A stretch of 63,951 nucleotides of DNA, counting the filler, from Octopus bimaculoides (taxonomy: Eukaryota): the NCBI RefSeq assembly GCF_001194135.2. It is 5 parts of 5 records of this genome, joined end to end, with 100 filler letters (N's around TTAATTAATTAA, not from the genome) between each part and the next. Parts side by side here need not be neighbours in the genome. Positions count along the whole stretch, not along the records: positions 26,869 to 42,120 come from NC_068983.1; positions 42,221 to 62,382 come from NC_068985.1; 3 more parts are not named here. One strand, given 5' to 3'. The notes under the pieces were generated by a model. That model did no database searches, was not told the DNA's origin, and saw only the letters and a program-made list of their open reading frames with translations. This document shows positions 40,140-53,750 of the stretch, piece after piece; positions within the stretch are counted from its first letter, which is position 1, and each line of letters begins with the position of its first letter. Position numbers and translations under genes: made by a program.

Positions 40140-40690
40140 CTGTATTATCTACTCCTCACATTTCGAGCATTAGGACAAGATGCGTCTTCGTGAAAACAGT
40201 TTGCTCCCGCAAAGCAAATTAAATAAAATTTAGGATTTGCGGAGGGTCAAAGTTGGTAACAAAAACAGGACAGTGAAAACAAACGGTAAGGCCTGTTAAT
40301 CCATAAGGAGGTGAAGTGGTATACGCTGGAGAAACAATCTTTGACAAATGCGTGCTATCCCTGTAACTGAAGGAGAAGAAATAAATTCGAGTTAGGAAAA
40401 GAAAGATGGCCGCTGGTCACGTGTATGCAATAAGAGAGTCAATGTTGGATAGTGAGGGAGAGAGAGGAACAGATAGAGAACGGTGAATGGGAGAAGAAGA
40501 ATTAGGGAAAGGATGAGAAAGAAAAAAGGGAGATAGAAAGAGTATAGAAAGAAGAAGAGAGATAGTGATAGTGAAAGAAATAGAGAAGGTTATAGAATGG
40601 TGTCGTATCAGAATTATTAAGATAGAAGTTACTTGGAAATGGTTGCGTGGCGTTCAATCATATAATAATATAAATAATATATATATGCAT
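40140..40690 (-). repeat. Family P pLTR-like repeat with a degenerate hammerhead-like core at 40153-40195
   Basis: Homology to 37515-37950; minus strand reads TCACGAA-GAcGCAT-cttgtccta-ATGCTC-GAAATGT. Confidence 0.55.
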
Positions 40691-42318
40691 ATATACATAC
40701 ATACATACATATATATATATATGTGCACGCCCAAAACAAAGACACACAGATACGCAAAATCACACACACACCAATACAATGCAAACCTCCGACACGAACA
40801 CACTTACACACATATATACACACACACACAATCACAATATCTCCACACTAGAGCACAAACCCACATACATTTCAAGAAAAAACACATGCATATATACACT
40901 TACAATACAATTGTAGCAACCACAACCAACACCCATACACACATATGTAAACAGGTCCATGCACACACCTACACACCACTCCGGCAACCACAAATCATAT
41001 TCACACACGCATATTTGCATACATATGTACACACACATACAAACACCATACGCCCGTTCCCCAGTAAAAATGTCACNNNNNNNNNNNNNNNNNNNNNNNN
41101 NNNNNNNNNNNNNNNNNNNNNNNNNNNNNNNNNNNNNNNNNNNNNNNNNNNNNNNNNNNNNNNNNNNNNNNNNNNNNNNNNNNNNNNNNNNNNNNNNNNN
41201 NNNNNNNNNNNNNNNNNNNNNNNNNNNNNNNNNNNNNNNNNNNNNNNNNNNNNNNNNNNNNNNNNNNNNNNNNNNNNNNNNNNNNNNNNNNNNNNNNNNN
41301 NNNNNNNNNNNNNNNNNNNNNNNNNNNNNNNNNNNNNNNNNNNNNNNNNNNNNNNNNNNNNNNNNNNNNNNNNNNNNNNNNNNNNNNNNNNNNNNNNNNN
41401 NNNNNNNNNNNNNNNNNNNNNAGCGCACACACACATGTACACATATACACCAGGAAACTACATAAACCATACCCACATACACACATACACACATACAAAC
41501 GCATACCCAGTACCAACATACACGGAACACACATGCACACACATACACCTCACCTGGATAAACCCAACGTACAAGGACACCTAATAAATACAACACACAC
41601 ATACATGCTCACACACACATGCACCCTCATGCACACACATACAGTTGCTCCCTCACACACACACGCACCACAAGGACAATTCAAACACAAACATACTTAG
41701 AGACACACACAAACTCACGTACACACACATAACACCCCCACCAACACACAACACAAATTGACATACGCACACATACAGACATACACATACATATGCACCA
41801 TTACACACACACACACCACAAGGGTATTTAAAACAACACACTCACTCAGACAGAGAGACACACACACACTGACGTACACATACACTCCCACACTCACACA
41901 AAACACTCCCACGCACACACACAGATGCACACATACATACACACACAGACGCACACATATGTACACACCCTCACACATACATACGGTTGCTCTCTCTCTC
42001 ACACACACACCACAAGGACGATTAAAACAACACATACATACTCAGAAAAATAGATATACGCACAGTCTCACGTAGACACACCTAACATCCCTACCGACAC
42101 AAAAAACACACAAACACACANNNNNNNNNNNNNNNNNNNNNNNNNNNNNNNNNNNNNNNNNNNNTTAATTAATTAANNNNNNNNNNNNNNNNNNNNNNNN
42201 NNNNNNNNNNNNNNNNNNNNCACACCTGTTCACCGTTGTCTATGTAGAGCCGGAGATGTCGCAGTCTCAGCGCGTGTCTGCGCATCATCAACCACGGCAT
42301 GCCCAGTCCTCCTTAGAC

Positions 42319-42382
<64 letters not shown>

Positions 42383-43000
42383 CAAAGGGTTTGAGACATC
42401 ACTGATGTACATGAATATAAATACTTGTTCTGCTCCAAACTTCGCGTTTTCTTCATACACACAATTAGCTACCGCCATAGACGTAATACGGCGTTAAGAC
42501 TTGGGTCAGAGCTTCTCAATATTTAGAGACGATGTGATAATAGCGCTACCCATGAGTAAACATAGGTATTAAGTTAGAAGCATTGAACACAGAATGGTAA
42601 TAACCATTAATCACACACGTCTGTTCAAAGATTAACCAACGAATTTCATGCGTACGTCTTTATCGACTTGATTTGGCGGAGTAGTTGAGTGCGAGCGCAC
42701 ACAATTGTGTGTGTGTATATCTGCGTGTGTGCATGTGTGTACGCGAGTACATGTGTGCGTGGTATTTTAATACTTGGTTATAAGAGTAGTGTGTTCATGT
42801 TTATCAAAAAGATAAAAGGCAATGCTTGAGAAAGATATACGCAGACACACAGACACACGCACACACACACTTATATGTAGATATGTATGTTTGTGTAAGC
42901 ACGTATGAATATGTTACATCTTAAACGTGTTTGCATATACATATACGTATCTTCATATATATATACATACATATATATATATATACACATACATACATGC

Positions 43001-43047
<47 letters not shown>

Positions 43048-43792
43048 TACATGCATATATATACATATATATNNNNNNNNNNNNNNNNNNNNNNNNNNNN
43101 NNNNNNNNNNNNNNNNNNNNNNNNNNNNNNNNNNNNNNNNNNNNNNNNNNNNNNNNNNNNNNNNNNNNNNNNNNNNNNNNNNNNNNNNNNNNNNNNNNNN
43201 NNNNNNNNNNNNNNNNNNNNNNNNNNNNNNNNNNNNNNNNNNNNNNNNNNNNNNNNNNNNNNNNNNNNNNNNNNNNNNNNNNNNNNNNNNNNNNNNNNNN
43301 NNNNNNNNNNNNNNNNNNNNNNNNNNNNNNNNNNNNNNNNNNNNNNNNNNNNNNNNNNNNNNNNNNNNNNNNNNNNNNNNNNNNNNNNNNNNNNNNNNNN
43401 NNNNNNNNNNNNNNNNNNNNNNNNNNNNNNNNNNNNNNNNNNNNNNNNNNNNNNNNNNNNNNNNNNNNNNNNNNNNNNNNNNNNNNNNNNNNNNNNNNNN
43501 NNNNNNNNNNNNNNNNNNNNNNNNNNNNNNNNNNNNNNNNNNNNNNNNNNNNNNNNNNNNNNNNNNNNNNNNNNNNNNNNNNNNNNNNNNNNNNNNNNNN
43601 NNNNNNNNNNNNNNNNNNNNNNNNNNNNNNNNNNNNNNNNNNNNNNNNNNNNNNNNNNNNNNNNNNNNNNNNNNNNNNNNNNNNNNNNNNNNNNNNNNNN
43701 NNNNNNNNNNNNNNNNNNNNNNNNNNNNNNNNNNNNNNNNNNNNNNNNNNNNNNNNNNNNNNNNNNNNNNNNNNNNNNNNNNNNNNNNNNNN

Positions 43793-43828
<36 letters not shown>

Positions 43829-44383
43829 TACGTGTGGATATATATATATATGTGTGTGTGTGTATATATATATATGTATGTATATATACATGTATAGAAA
43901 TATGTGCATTTATATATATAAATATAGGTGTATATATGTATATATCATTTGAATAAAATTACAACATTGTCTGATTTTCACATTCTTTATTACTGTATAA
44001 ATTTTTTTTTTACAAAGTGGAAGTGTGTTAAACAAAAGGAAGGAAGAAGTCAGTCATTTTTACAGTGGTCAAAGACTCAACTCAACTGTCAGTCAATACA
44101 TTTTGAAATCTGATGATTAATACGAACGTATAAGAGCGCTAATTGAGCTTTATGGACATTACTAAATATTTTTTTACGTTTAACACACTTCAACATTGTA
44201 ATTTTTTTGTTAAATACAATAATAAAAACGTGAAAACCAGACTTTATTTTTATTCAACTGATATATTTTTCTATACACAATTACACAAATCACAAATTCG
44301 GAATATATATATATATATATATATATGTTATATACTGACATCTATACATGTGTATTCCTTTATATGTGCGTGTATTTGTATGG

Positions 44384-44447
<64 letters not shown>

Positions 44448-44538
44448 AAAAAAACAATAACAAAAAAACAAAAAACAACAAAGTGAAGACGTGATATGGA
44501 CAGTATTATTGGACGCTCAGGAAAGGAAAGAGAGAGTG

Positions 44539-44571
44539 TATGACGTTTCGGGCGTAGCCCTTCGTCGGAAA
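44539..44571 (-). ncRNA. Hammerhead-like motif (U4C core variant or decayed)
   Basis: Minus strand: TTT-CCGACGA-A-GGGC-TAC-GCCC-GAAA-CGTC-A. Confidence 0.6.
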
Positions 44572-44710
44572 GATGGAAAGTTCGGAGAATGGAAGAACGG
44601 AGAAAGAGGAAAATGGTACCGATGCCCACGAGGTTATATATATATATGACCGCGTGTGCATCATTGGCGATTTTGTTTCTCTGTCTTCCCTTCTTTGGAC
44701 TTTTCCTATC

Positions 44711-44743
44711 TTTCTGATGAAGAGCTCTGCTCGAAACGTTAAA
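44711..44743 (+). ncRNA. Minimal type I hammerhead ribozyme motif
   Basis: TTT-CTGATGA-A-GAGC-TCT-GCTC-GAAA-CGTT-AAA: intact core, 4 bp stem II, palindromic AACGTT, 3 bp stem I. Confidence 0.75.
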
Positions 44744-44930
44744 TCCACTTTTTTTTCTTTCCTTTCCTGAGCGTCCAATAACACTGTAATTATTCGACGT
44801 CCTCGCGTTGTTGTTTTTTCTTGATTGTTCATGTTTGAATCGACTATACATATATATTATATATATATATGAGACTGAAATCCGGTAGTAGTCGTCAACA
44901 AGGTTACCTCTAGGGAAACGCAAATAATGA

Positions 44931-45890
44931 GTGGTCTCCCACAGTGCACTGTCTTGGCGGCCAGTTCTATTCGTGGTGGATTTCTCAGACAAGCTCTTAG
45001 ATACTTAGATAGCCTCCCTTGCTAGCTATGTATATGATACAAAAGTCTGTCAGAGGATACACTTACAATAGATTTGGAAGCAATATGTTAGTGGGCTGAG
45101 GACAATAACATGAAGTTTAATGCTGGAAAATCCCAAGCCCTGCGCTACCAACACACGAAGCCGAATGAAAAGCAAACAGAATATACTGACCCAGAATCAA
45201 ATTGACATAAGTAATGGTGCATCTTTCTGGGTGCATATTACTAAGTCTGCAATAAAATAAAGACAGTTAGCCGGATATATCCTTAGAACATTCAAAATGA
45301 AAAAAAACAGAAAACTATGAGAGTTCTCTGGACGACATACGTCTTTAGGGTTTTAGACTACTGCTCCTAACAATGGTCAGCACGCAGTGGAAAACTAACG
45401 GCGGAACTCGATGCAATTTAGCGAAGCTAGAGAAAGAAGACCGTCTCAATGCGACATTGACTAAAAATGTTAAGACTAATCCTTTGAACAGAGGCAGGAA
45501 AAGTATGCAGTAATATACATCTGAATAATCCTAGAACTTGTACAAAATTTTGGTGTTGAAAGTTACACCAACAACTGAACGGGACGACACGGCATAGTAC
45601 TAAAAATACCGACATTCTATCACGATACAGGATCAGATACAGCAACAGCTTGGGTTTCAAGGATCCACAGCTTTTTCAATACCCCCCCCCCCCATGAGTC
45701 TGAGAGATCTACACGGGGTGGATGTAGGCGTATTCAAGACAAAACTGGATCTTCGCCAGTCAAAAGTTCCGGATGAACCTGCCTCGCGGCAAGAAACGCA
45801 GATGAAATCAAGAACCACACACTCCCTCATTCACCAAGAATAAGAGAGTAAAAGAATAAAAGAATAAAAGAATTAAGGAATGAAAGAATA
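44931..45890 (+). mobile_element. CR1/L2-type LINE 3' fragment with (AAAGAAT)n tail
   Basis: Degraded GLPQCTVL..; WAEDNNMKFNAGKSQALRY; LDYCS; RDLHGVDVGVFKTKLD..VPDEP. Confidence 0.85.
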
Positions 45891-46035
45891 GACCATGTTC
45901 GTCATTTCTATGCCACAATTTTAGTTCAGGTTTCAGTTTTTTAGACGTATGCAAACAGTGTTTGCATGCATAAATGTGCTATTATGGTCGATATATCCTA
46001 ACATATATACATTCATACATACACACATACACACA

Positions 46036-46095
<60 letters not shown>

Positions 46096-46540
46096 NNNNN
46101 NNNNNNNNNNNNNNNNNNNNNNNNNNNNNNNNNNNNNNNNNNNNNNNNNNNNNNNNNNNNNNNNNNNNNNNNNNNNNNNNNNNNNNNNNNNNNNNNNNNN
46201 NNNNNNNNNNNNNNNNNNNNNNNNNNNNNNNNNNNNNNNNNNNNNNNNNNNNNNNNNNNNNNNNNNNNNNNNNNNNNNNNNNNNNNNNNNNNNNNNNNNN
46301 NNNNNNNNNNNNNNNNNNNNNNNNNNNNNNNNNNNNNNNNNNNNNNNNNNNNNNNNNNNNNNNNNNNNNNNNNNNNNNNNNNNNNNNNNNNNNNNNNNNN
46401 NNNNNNNNNNNNNNNNNNNNNNNNNNNNNNNNNNNNNNNNNNNNNNNNNNNNNNNNNNNNNNNNNNNNNNNNNNNTATATATATATACACATATATATAT
46501 GCGTGTGTATGTATTTATATAGATATATGTGCGTGTGTGT

Positions 46541-46595
<55 letters not shown>

Positions 46596-47254
46596 TGTTT
46601 GTGTATTGAATGTATTCCAACAGAGAGAACTTACACACATTATGCAGTCTCTATGCAGACGTTTCTCTACGAAGCAATGTCTAACGCATGAATATATTTA
46701 ATATTCCTCATTCATAATACATAATTTCTTTCCTACGGAGTCCATTCAACTGGAAATATATAATCTACATTATTATCTCTGATAGTAATCTTCTTAAATA
46801 CACTTCTGCTTCTAGCATTATCTCTACTCTATTACCGGAGCATTCTGCTACAGCAATGACCAGATCACTTTACTCAGTTCAACCAGATTAGGGCCAGTGT
46901 TCAGCGATTTTGTTTTTTTTTAACATTGTCTGAGTGTAAGATAACATTTCTGATTTAATCTTATCTTGGATTGCTGAATTCGGATCAGTGATATCAAGGA
47001 GAAATAGGAAAATAAATTATACATGGAAAAAGCTACATTACACATATTCTGCTGCGTGCTCATTGTATATATATCCGCATATAAATATACAGATCCTGCT
47101 TGTATATATGTATATAGGTATATGTAAGTATGTATGTATGTATGTATGTATGTATGTATGTATGTATTGTATGTGTGTCTGTGTGTGCGTTTGTAAGTAT
47201 TTATGTACACCAAATCTTAGTAAGATCATTGAATTGATTCGCAGCACTTGCAAC

Positions 47255-47700
47255 CTACTCTGAAATGTCTCAAACAGATTCCGCAAATGGCAAAAATAGG
47301 CTTTGGAACGTCAGGGGAACGGGTCTGCCTTGGCAGGTGTGTCAGTGTGTCACAGGCTGAGCCCGGTCGTCATCCTGCCACTGTGGTAATCTTAGTGACA
47401 TTTTTGTGTGCACAAATTGTGACAGGCCATGCCTTTCTTTTGCTGGGCTCAAATCTCATATGCGGACCCATGAAAAACTAACCTCCACCAACTATTCTGC
47501 CTAAATATCTCTGCCCACCTTTCAATGCCGTGTATGCCATAAGGTCTGCAAATCTAATGGAGGTCTCAAAAGACATTTTAAGATCAACAAAGCCACATCA
47601 GACGCCATGATAAATCTAAGGTACAAGAGGGGGTCAGATTCTGCATAAGAAGTAGACAACCACTATGTATGTATGTAGGTCTTTACGTATGTATGTATGT
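47255..47700 (+). mobile_element. RTE-type LINE 3' end with two C-terminal C2H2-like zinc fingers and (TATG)n tail
   Basis: FVCTNCDRPCLSFAGLKSHMRTH and FQCRVCHKVCKSNGGLKRHFKI, followed by a short UTR and TATGTATGTA. Confidence 0.7.
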
Positions 47701-48114
47701 AAACTGCATTCCATATGTCGTGGCTCACCTGGATACAATGTAAAAAGTTAAACGACTGGGATATTCGTCTTGAGAAGACATGAACACATAGACGTGTGGT
47801 ATGAAAAAACATAAAAGAATAGCTACAGAACACGAAAGTGGTCCGGCATCAGACAAATGTATAAGATTTCATCGAAGTACCATTCTTTCGCTGATTGCGA
47901 AGAAGTATAGACACCGGTCATTCCACTGTAAGTGGTACGAAACTCTCACATATATATATATGAAGAGATAGTTTTTCGAATGCAGAGTTGCCATCAGAAC
48001 AGCAGAAATACTGCATAAAACATCATCTGCTTATTTATCTTGTACAATACACATTTCGATACTCCTTAATAAAAAAAAACAAATATTTGTTTGTTTACAT
48101 TTTACACATAGTTG

Positions 48115-48159
<45 letters not shown>

Positions 48160-49257
48160 NNNNNNNNNNNNNNNNNNNNNNNNNNNNNNNNNNNNNNNNN
48201 NNNNNNNNNNNNNNNNNNNNNNNNNNNNNNNNNNNNNNNNNNNNNNNNNNNNNNNNNNNNNNNNNNNNNNNNNNNNNNNNNNNNNNNNNNNNNNNNNNNN
48301 NNNNNNNNNNNNNNNNNNNNNNNNNNNNNNNNNNNNNNNNNNNNNNNNNNNNNNNNNNNNNNNNNNNNNNNNNNNNNNNNNNNNNNNNNNNNNNNNNNNN
48401 NNNNNNNNNCTCTCTCTCTCTCTCTCTCTCTCTCTCGCTCTCTCTCTATCTATCTATCTATCTATCTATCTCTCTTTATCTATCTATCTATCTCTTTCCT
48501 CTACTAATAAATTAACACTCTCAACGCCATCAAACCGTTTCAAGTTGAAACTTTCAACAGACACACAGTGAAGCGTGTACAGACGTATCGACGAACATAC
48601 AAACACTTAATACACCAGCAGCAAACCGTTTCAAACACTACAAAGACTGAGAAATCTAGAAATACAACAACCAATCACATCTCGTCTTTTCAATCAAATA
48701 AACATCAGTGAAATTTATAAATGCCACGCAAACAGAGACAAAGAGACATTCGCCTATTGCTTCAAACAGACACGCGAAAGTAGACATTTACTCCAAAAGA
48801 AAAACTGTCCAAACAAACTCAGAATCGCAGAAACAAACCAATATAAAAATTTAATTAGAATACAAGTCTTTTTTTCATTGAATAATTTGATGCTATAAGG
48901 AATGGCTTACATCCATTGTCATTTAAAATTCCACGTATGTGGGTGGAATATATAACGCAACCCATATACCCGGAAGAGACTTGGTATTGCAAAAGACAAA
49001 GAAAAACGTTGCAAAATATAGTGATTATGGAATTTTTTATATATGTATGTATATATATGTGCCTTTGTGTATGCGCATGTATATGTGTGTGTGTGTGTGT
49101 ACACATACCTACATGTATATATGTACGTATATGTATGTTGTATACACACATGCATATATGTATGTATATGTATATGTATATTGTATACACACATGTATAT
49201 ATGTATGTATATGTATATTGTATACATATAGTGTAGGTATACATGTATATTTTATAA

Positions 49258-49630
49258 GTGGAGGCGCAATGGCCCAGTGGTTAAGGTAGCGGATTCGCGG
49301 TCGTAGGATCGCGATTTCGATTCCCAAACTGGGCGTTGTGTGTGTTTATTGACCGAAAACACCTAAACCTCCGCAAGGCTCCGACAGGGAGTGGTGGTGG
49401 ACCTTGCTTTACTCTTTCACCACAACTTTCTCTCACTCTTTTTTCCTGTTTCTGTTGTACCCGTATTTCAAAGGGCCAACCTTGTCACACGCTGAATCTC
49501 CCCGAGAACAACGTTAAGGGTACATATGTCTGCGGAGTGTTCAGCCACTTGCACGTTAATTTCACAAGCAGGCTGTTCCGTTGATCGGATCAACTGGAAC
49601 CCTCGTCGTGGCAACCGACGGAGTACCACG
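49258..49630 (+). mobile_element. tRNA-derived SINE family C, full length
   Basis: A box TGGCCCAGTGGTTAAG, B box TTCGATTCCC, tail ..CAACCGACGGAGTACCA. Confidence 0.9.
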
Positions 49631-49734
49631 ATATCTTATATCTTCTAAAACTGATGTATTTTGAGAAGGTCGGTTTGCCAGTTAGTAAACTTACTATATC
49701 TTTATTTCTTCTTTTATTCTCTTTATTAATATCG

Positions 49735-49930
49735 GTTTCTAGTTTTGGCACAAGGCCAGCAATTTCGGGATGGGGATGTGTAAGTCGATTACATCGACCC
49801 CAGTTTTCAAATGGTGCTTATTTTATCGACCCCAGAAGGATGAAAGGCAAAGTCGACCTCGGCGTAAAGTGGAAAGAAATGCTAGAAACCTTTTGTTCGG
49901 CACAGTAACAATTCTGCCAGCTCGCCGTCG
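49735..49930 (-). mobile_element. SINE family B
   Basis: Reverse-complement match to 53080-53297. Confidence 0.85.
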
Positions 49931-50543
49931 TAATTGTATCGATATTATTATTTTTGTTATTATGAAAGGCTATTCACAAACACCCTTTTACAATTAGTGA
50001 CAACGTCCTTCATACTGGCCTCAGCTAGTCTCCTTAACTATCGAAGAACTTTTGAACAACCATTACTATTCCTAATAGAGCAGATTTATATGTCAATGCA
50101 ATTCTCGTAGTTTCTCAGATCTCGTTAAAGAAACTACAGGAAGCAGCTAATAGAATTCCACAACAACACTCACTCACCGCATACACTACATGATTAATAG
50201 GCAATATAAAACATACTCCCACTGTTATTAGTTTAATGCACTGATCGGCATAAAAAAACGCCCGGCAGAACTTCCTGAACCGTACGGCTAAACAAGAATA
50301 TTCCGTTAGCAATAGTGACGAACGAAATGTATTAACAGGCGGAAGCCAATATTCATTCATTTTTTTATAAAACAGAATAAGACAAAGCTACACATGATGC
50401 TGGAGGAGCAGACGATGCCGGAAAAAAACTTTGATTCCAGATAAATACGCGTATATTAATATGCGTTATACATATACATATACAAGTACACACATATACA
50501 CACACATGCTGTGTCCCAATGTGTGTATGCGAATATGCAATGC

Positions 50544-50583
<40 letters not shown>

Positions 50584-50597
50584 GTATNNNNNNNNNN

Positions 50598-50631
<34 letters not shown>

Positions 50632-50649
50632 GTATGTATGTATTTATGT

Positions 50650-50895
50650 ATGTATGTGCATGCATGCATGTTTGTGTATCTGTGTTTATCCCCTCCCACC
50701 AAGATCGCTTGACAACCGATGCTGGTGCATTTACGTCCCTGAAACTTAGCGGTTCGGCAAAAAAGATCGATAGAATAAATATTAGGCTTACAATGAATAA
50801 GTCCCGGGGTCGATTTGCTCGACTAAAGGCGGTGCTACGGCATGGCCGCAGTCAAATGACTGAAACAAGTAAAAGAATAAAAGAATAAAAGAATA
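50650..50895 (+). mobile_element. SINE family A, 3' half with (AAAGAAT)n tail
   Basis: GACAACCGATGCTGGTG..GGCGGTGCTACGGCATGGCCGCAGTCAAATGACTGAAACAAGTAAAAGAATAAAAGAAT. Confidence 0.9.
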
Positions 50896-50900
50896 TATGT

Positions 50901-50982
<82 letters not shown>

Positions 50983-51479
50983 GTGTGTGTGTGTGTAAAT
51001 TGATGGTATGATGTCAACTTAATGTGACAGTCCCATGAAAAAGAAGAATGCTACTGCTATTTAGCCCTAGGAAACACCGTTTCCTGTTCGCCTTGATACA
51101 TTTCTTGTGTCCTTATGTTTTCAAAGGGGTGGATAAGCACCTCCACCCAGCAAAGCCAGCATCCAGAGACTAGTTTCAGAGTCATTGCTCATCATCAGTC
51201 TGGAGTAGCATGGCTTGCTAGCTGTCGATGCCTATCCGCCTTTGAAGACATATATATTTCAAGTGAAATACATTCACTGATTTTTGAAATTAGAAATAAT
51301 ATATTTACAGAACCAGGTCGCATGAAACATGTTCATCACTAGGCTGGTATTTTTTGTTTAGGAGTGTCATTCAGAAAATTTCGCGGAACTTAGTTTGTCT
51401 ATAACTGCGTTAAAGTAATACAATATTTACTAAAACTTGTTCCTACCGTGTTCTCTTTTTTGTTTTTTCNNNNNNNNNN

Positions 51480-51542
<63 letters not shown>

Positions 51543-51618
51543 TGTATAGTTAGATATTGTTAATAGAACAATACATAAAACCGGGCTAGAGTTGAAGTGC
51601 TCATCATGAGCTAGAATT

Positions 51619-51970
51619 CAAATTATGGTAAGAATGGATACATAGGGGTGGAAGACCACAGGAACAATACCGTATATCCAACGCAAGATTTAATATATGT
51701 GAGTGTGTGTGTTCAAATCATTCTAGAATTAATAAATACATAGTTTTAAGTCTCTAAAAAAGTAAGATAAGATAAGGTATACAGGCATATACAATGATAT
51801 AATGATATATCGTATTTTATCTTACTATTTAAACATTTTAGAGACTTAAAACTATATATCTATTAATTCTAGAATTATTTGAACACACACATATATTAAA
51901 TCTTGCGTTGGATATACGGTATTGTTCCTGTCGTCTTCCAGCCTTATGTATCTATTCTTACCATAATTTG
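51619..51970. mobile_element. Foldback MITE, about 145 bp arms
   Basis: CAAATTATGGTAAGAAT..ACAGGAACAATACCGTATATCCAACGCAAGATTTAATATATG mirrored at 51835-51970. Confidence 0.85.
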
Positions 51971-51978
51971 TATATATA

Positions 51979-52009
<31 letters not shown>

Positions 52010-52508
52010 NNNNNNNNNNNNNNNNNNNNNNNNNNNNNNNNNNNNNNNNNNNNNNNNNNNNNNNNNNNNNNNNNNNNNNNNNNNNNNNNNNNNNNNNNNN
52101 NNNNNNNNNNNNNNNNNNNNNNNNNNNNNNNNNNNNNNNNNNNNNNNNNNNNNNNNNNNNNNNNNNNNNNNNNNNNNNNNNNNNNNNNNNNNNNNNNNNN
52201 NNNNNNNNNNNNNNNNNNNNNNNNNNNNNNNNNNNNNNNNNNNNNNNNNNNNNNNNNNNNNNNNNNNNNNNNNNNNNNNNNNNNNNNNNNNNNNNNNNNN
52301 NNNNNNNNNNNNNNNNNNNNNNNNNNNNNNNNNNNNNNNNNNNNNNNNNNNNNNNNNNNNNNNNNNNNNNNNNNNNNNNNNNNNNNNNNNNNATATATAT
52401 CAATAATTGGTAAGCTAACTCAAGAAATCATCACCAAAATTTGAATTTATACGTTTTTACGTCGTAACTCCTTTATTATTATTAATATATATATATATAT
52501 ATATAAAC

Positions 52509-52561
<53 letters not shown>

Positions 52562-53079
52562 AACACACACATATATATACTTACATATTTATATATCATT
52601 GTATGCGAGATCTATTAATTTTCATATGTCAAATCAGAACATCTCAATCCAAGATAAGACTTAATCGAAATTCTAGTTTGCGTCCAGATTGCAGTCAGAA
52701 AGGTCAATAAAAACTGTCCGCATCATTTCTGAATTTCGAACTACTGTTTTAACAATAATCTAGTCATCATAGATTTGAGATAGGCTAACAAACAGAAACG
52801 GTTTTATGAAGATTCCTATCAATGATTATCATCTAGATACATATTTTCACTTGAATGCATATCTAAGCCAATTATGAATAACGATTATACAGTCCCGGTC
52901 AAAAGTCTAAATGGATGGATAAAAACAAGATTTTATCCAGTAATTGATGAGAAAGATAAAAATAAAAGCATGTGTTTTATATAAGATGAGCTTAGAAACT
53001 GAAAACAATTCATAAAATCATAAACATCAAAGTTATATTTCGTAAAAGACTCTTTTCCACTCAATACATAATTATCGTA

Positions 53080-53750
53080 GGGCGGCGAGCTGGCAGAAAC
53101 GTTAGCCGGGCGAAATGCTTAGCGCTGTTTCGACTGTCATTACGTTCTGAGTTCTTGTTCCACAGACGTCGACTTTGCCGTTCATCCTTTCGGGGTCGAT
53201 AAATAAAGTACCAGTTGTGCACTGGGGTCGATCTAATCGACTGGCCTCTTCCCCAAAAATTTTGGGCCTTGTGCCTAGAGTAGAAAAGAATATTTTAAGG
53301 CGGCGAGCTGGCAGAAACGTTAGCACGCCGGGCGAAATTCTTATGGCGTAGTGGTTAAGAGCGCGGGCTACTAAGCCCAAGATTCCATGTTCGATTCCGG
53401 GCAGTGACCTGAATAATGATAATAAAAATAATAATAATAACATCAGAACGTAAAGCCGAACGAAATGCCGTTAAGCAGCTTATCCGACGTGCCAAGGTTT
53501 CTGCCAGTTCGACGTCCTATTAGCACCAAATATACGTTCGAAATTGTAGCACAAGGCCAGCAATTTCGGGGCAGGGGATAAGTCGATTACATCGATACCA
53601 GTGCTTAACTGGTAATTTATTTTATCGACCCTTAAAGGATAAATGATAAAGTGGACGTCGGTGGAATTTGAACTCGGCGTGTGCAGACGGACGGAATGTT
53701 GCTGAGTATTTTTCGCGGCGTGTTAACAATTCCGCCACCTCACCGCCGTA
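53080..53750. mobile_element. Nested SINE cluster: B(+) 53080-53297, B head(+) 53318-53340, hammerhead-SINE head(+) 53342-53445, B head(-) 53445-53517, B(-) 53530-53750
   Basis: Sequence identity to family members elsewhere in the window. Confidence 0.8.

Larger units (their letters stand above)
44480..44830. mobile_element. Penelope pLTR-like inverted pair (foldback) centred on (TA)n at about 44635-44648
   Basis: Arms share ACAGT.TTATTGGACGCTCAGGAAAGGAAAG, the hammerhead segment and GC.CACG.GGT.ATATATA in inverted orientation. Confidence 0.8.

Noticed and set aside
53342-53410. tRNA gene-like sequence
   Set aside because: No complete acceptor stem and followed by the SINE (TAA)n linker; a SINE head, not a tRNA
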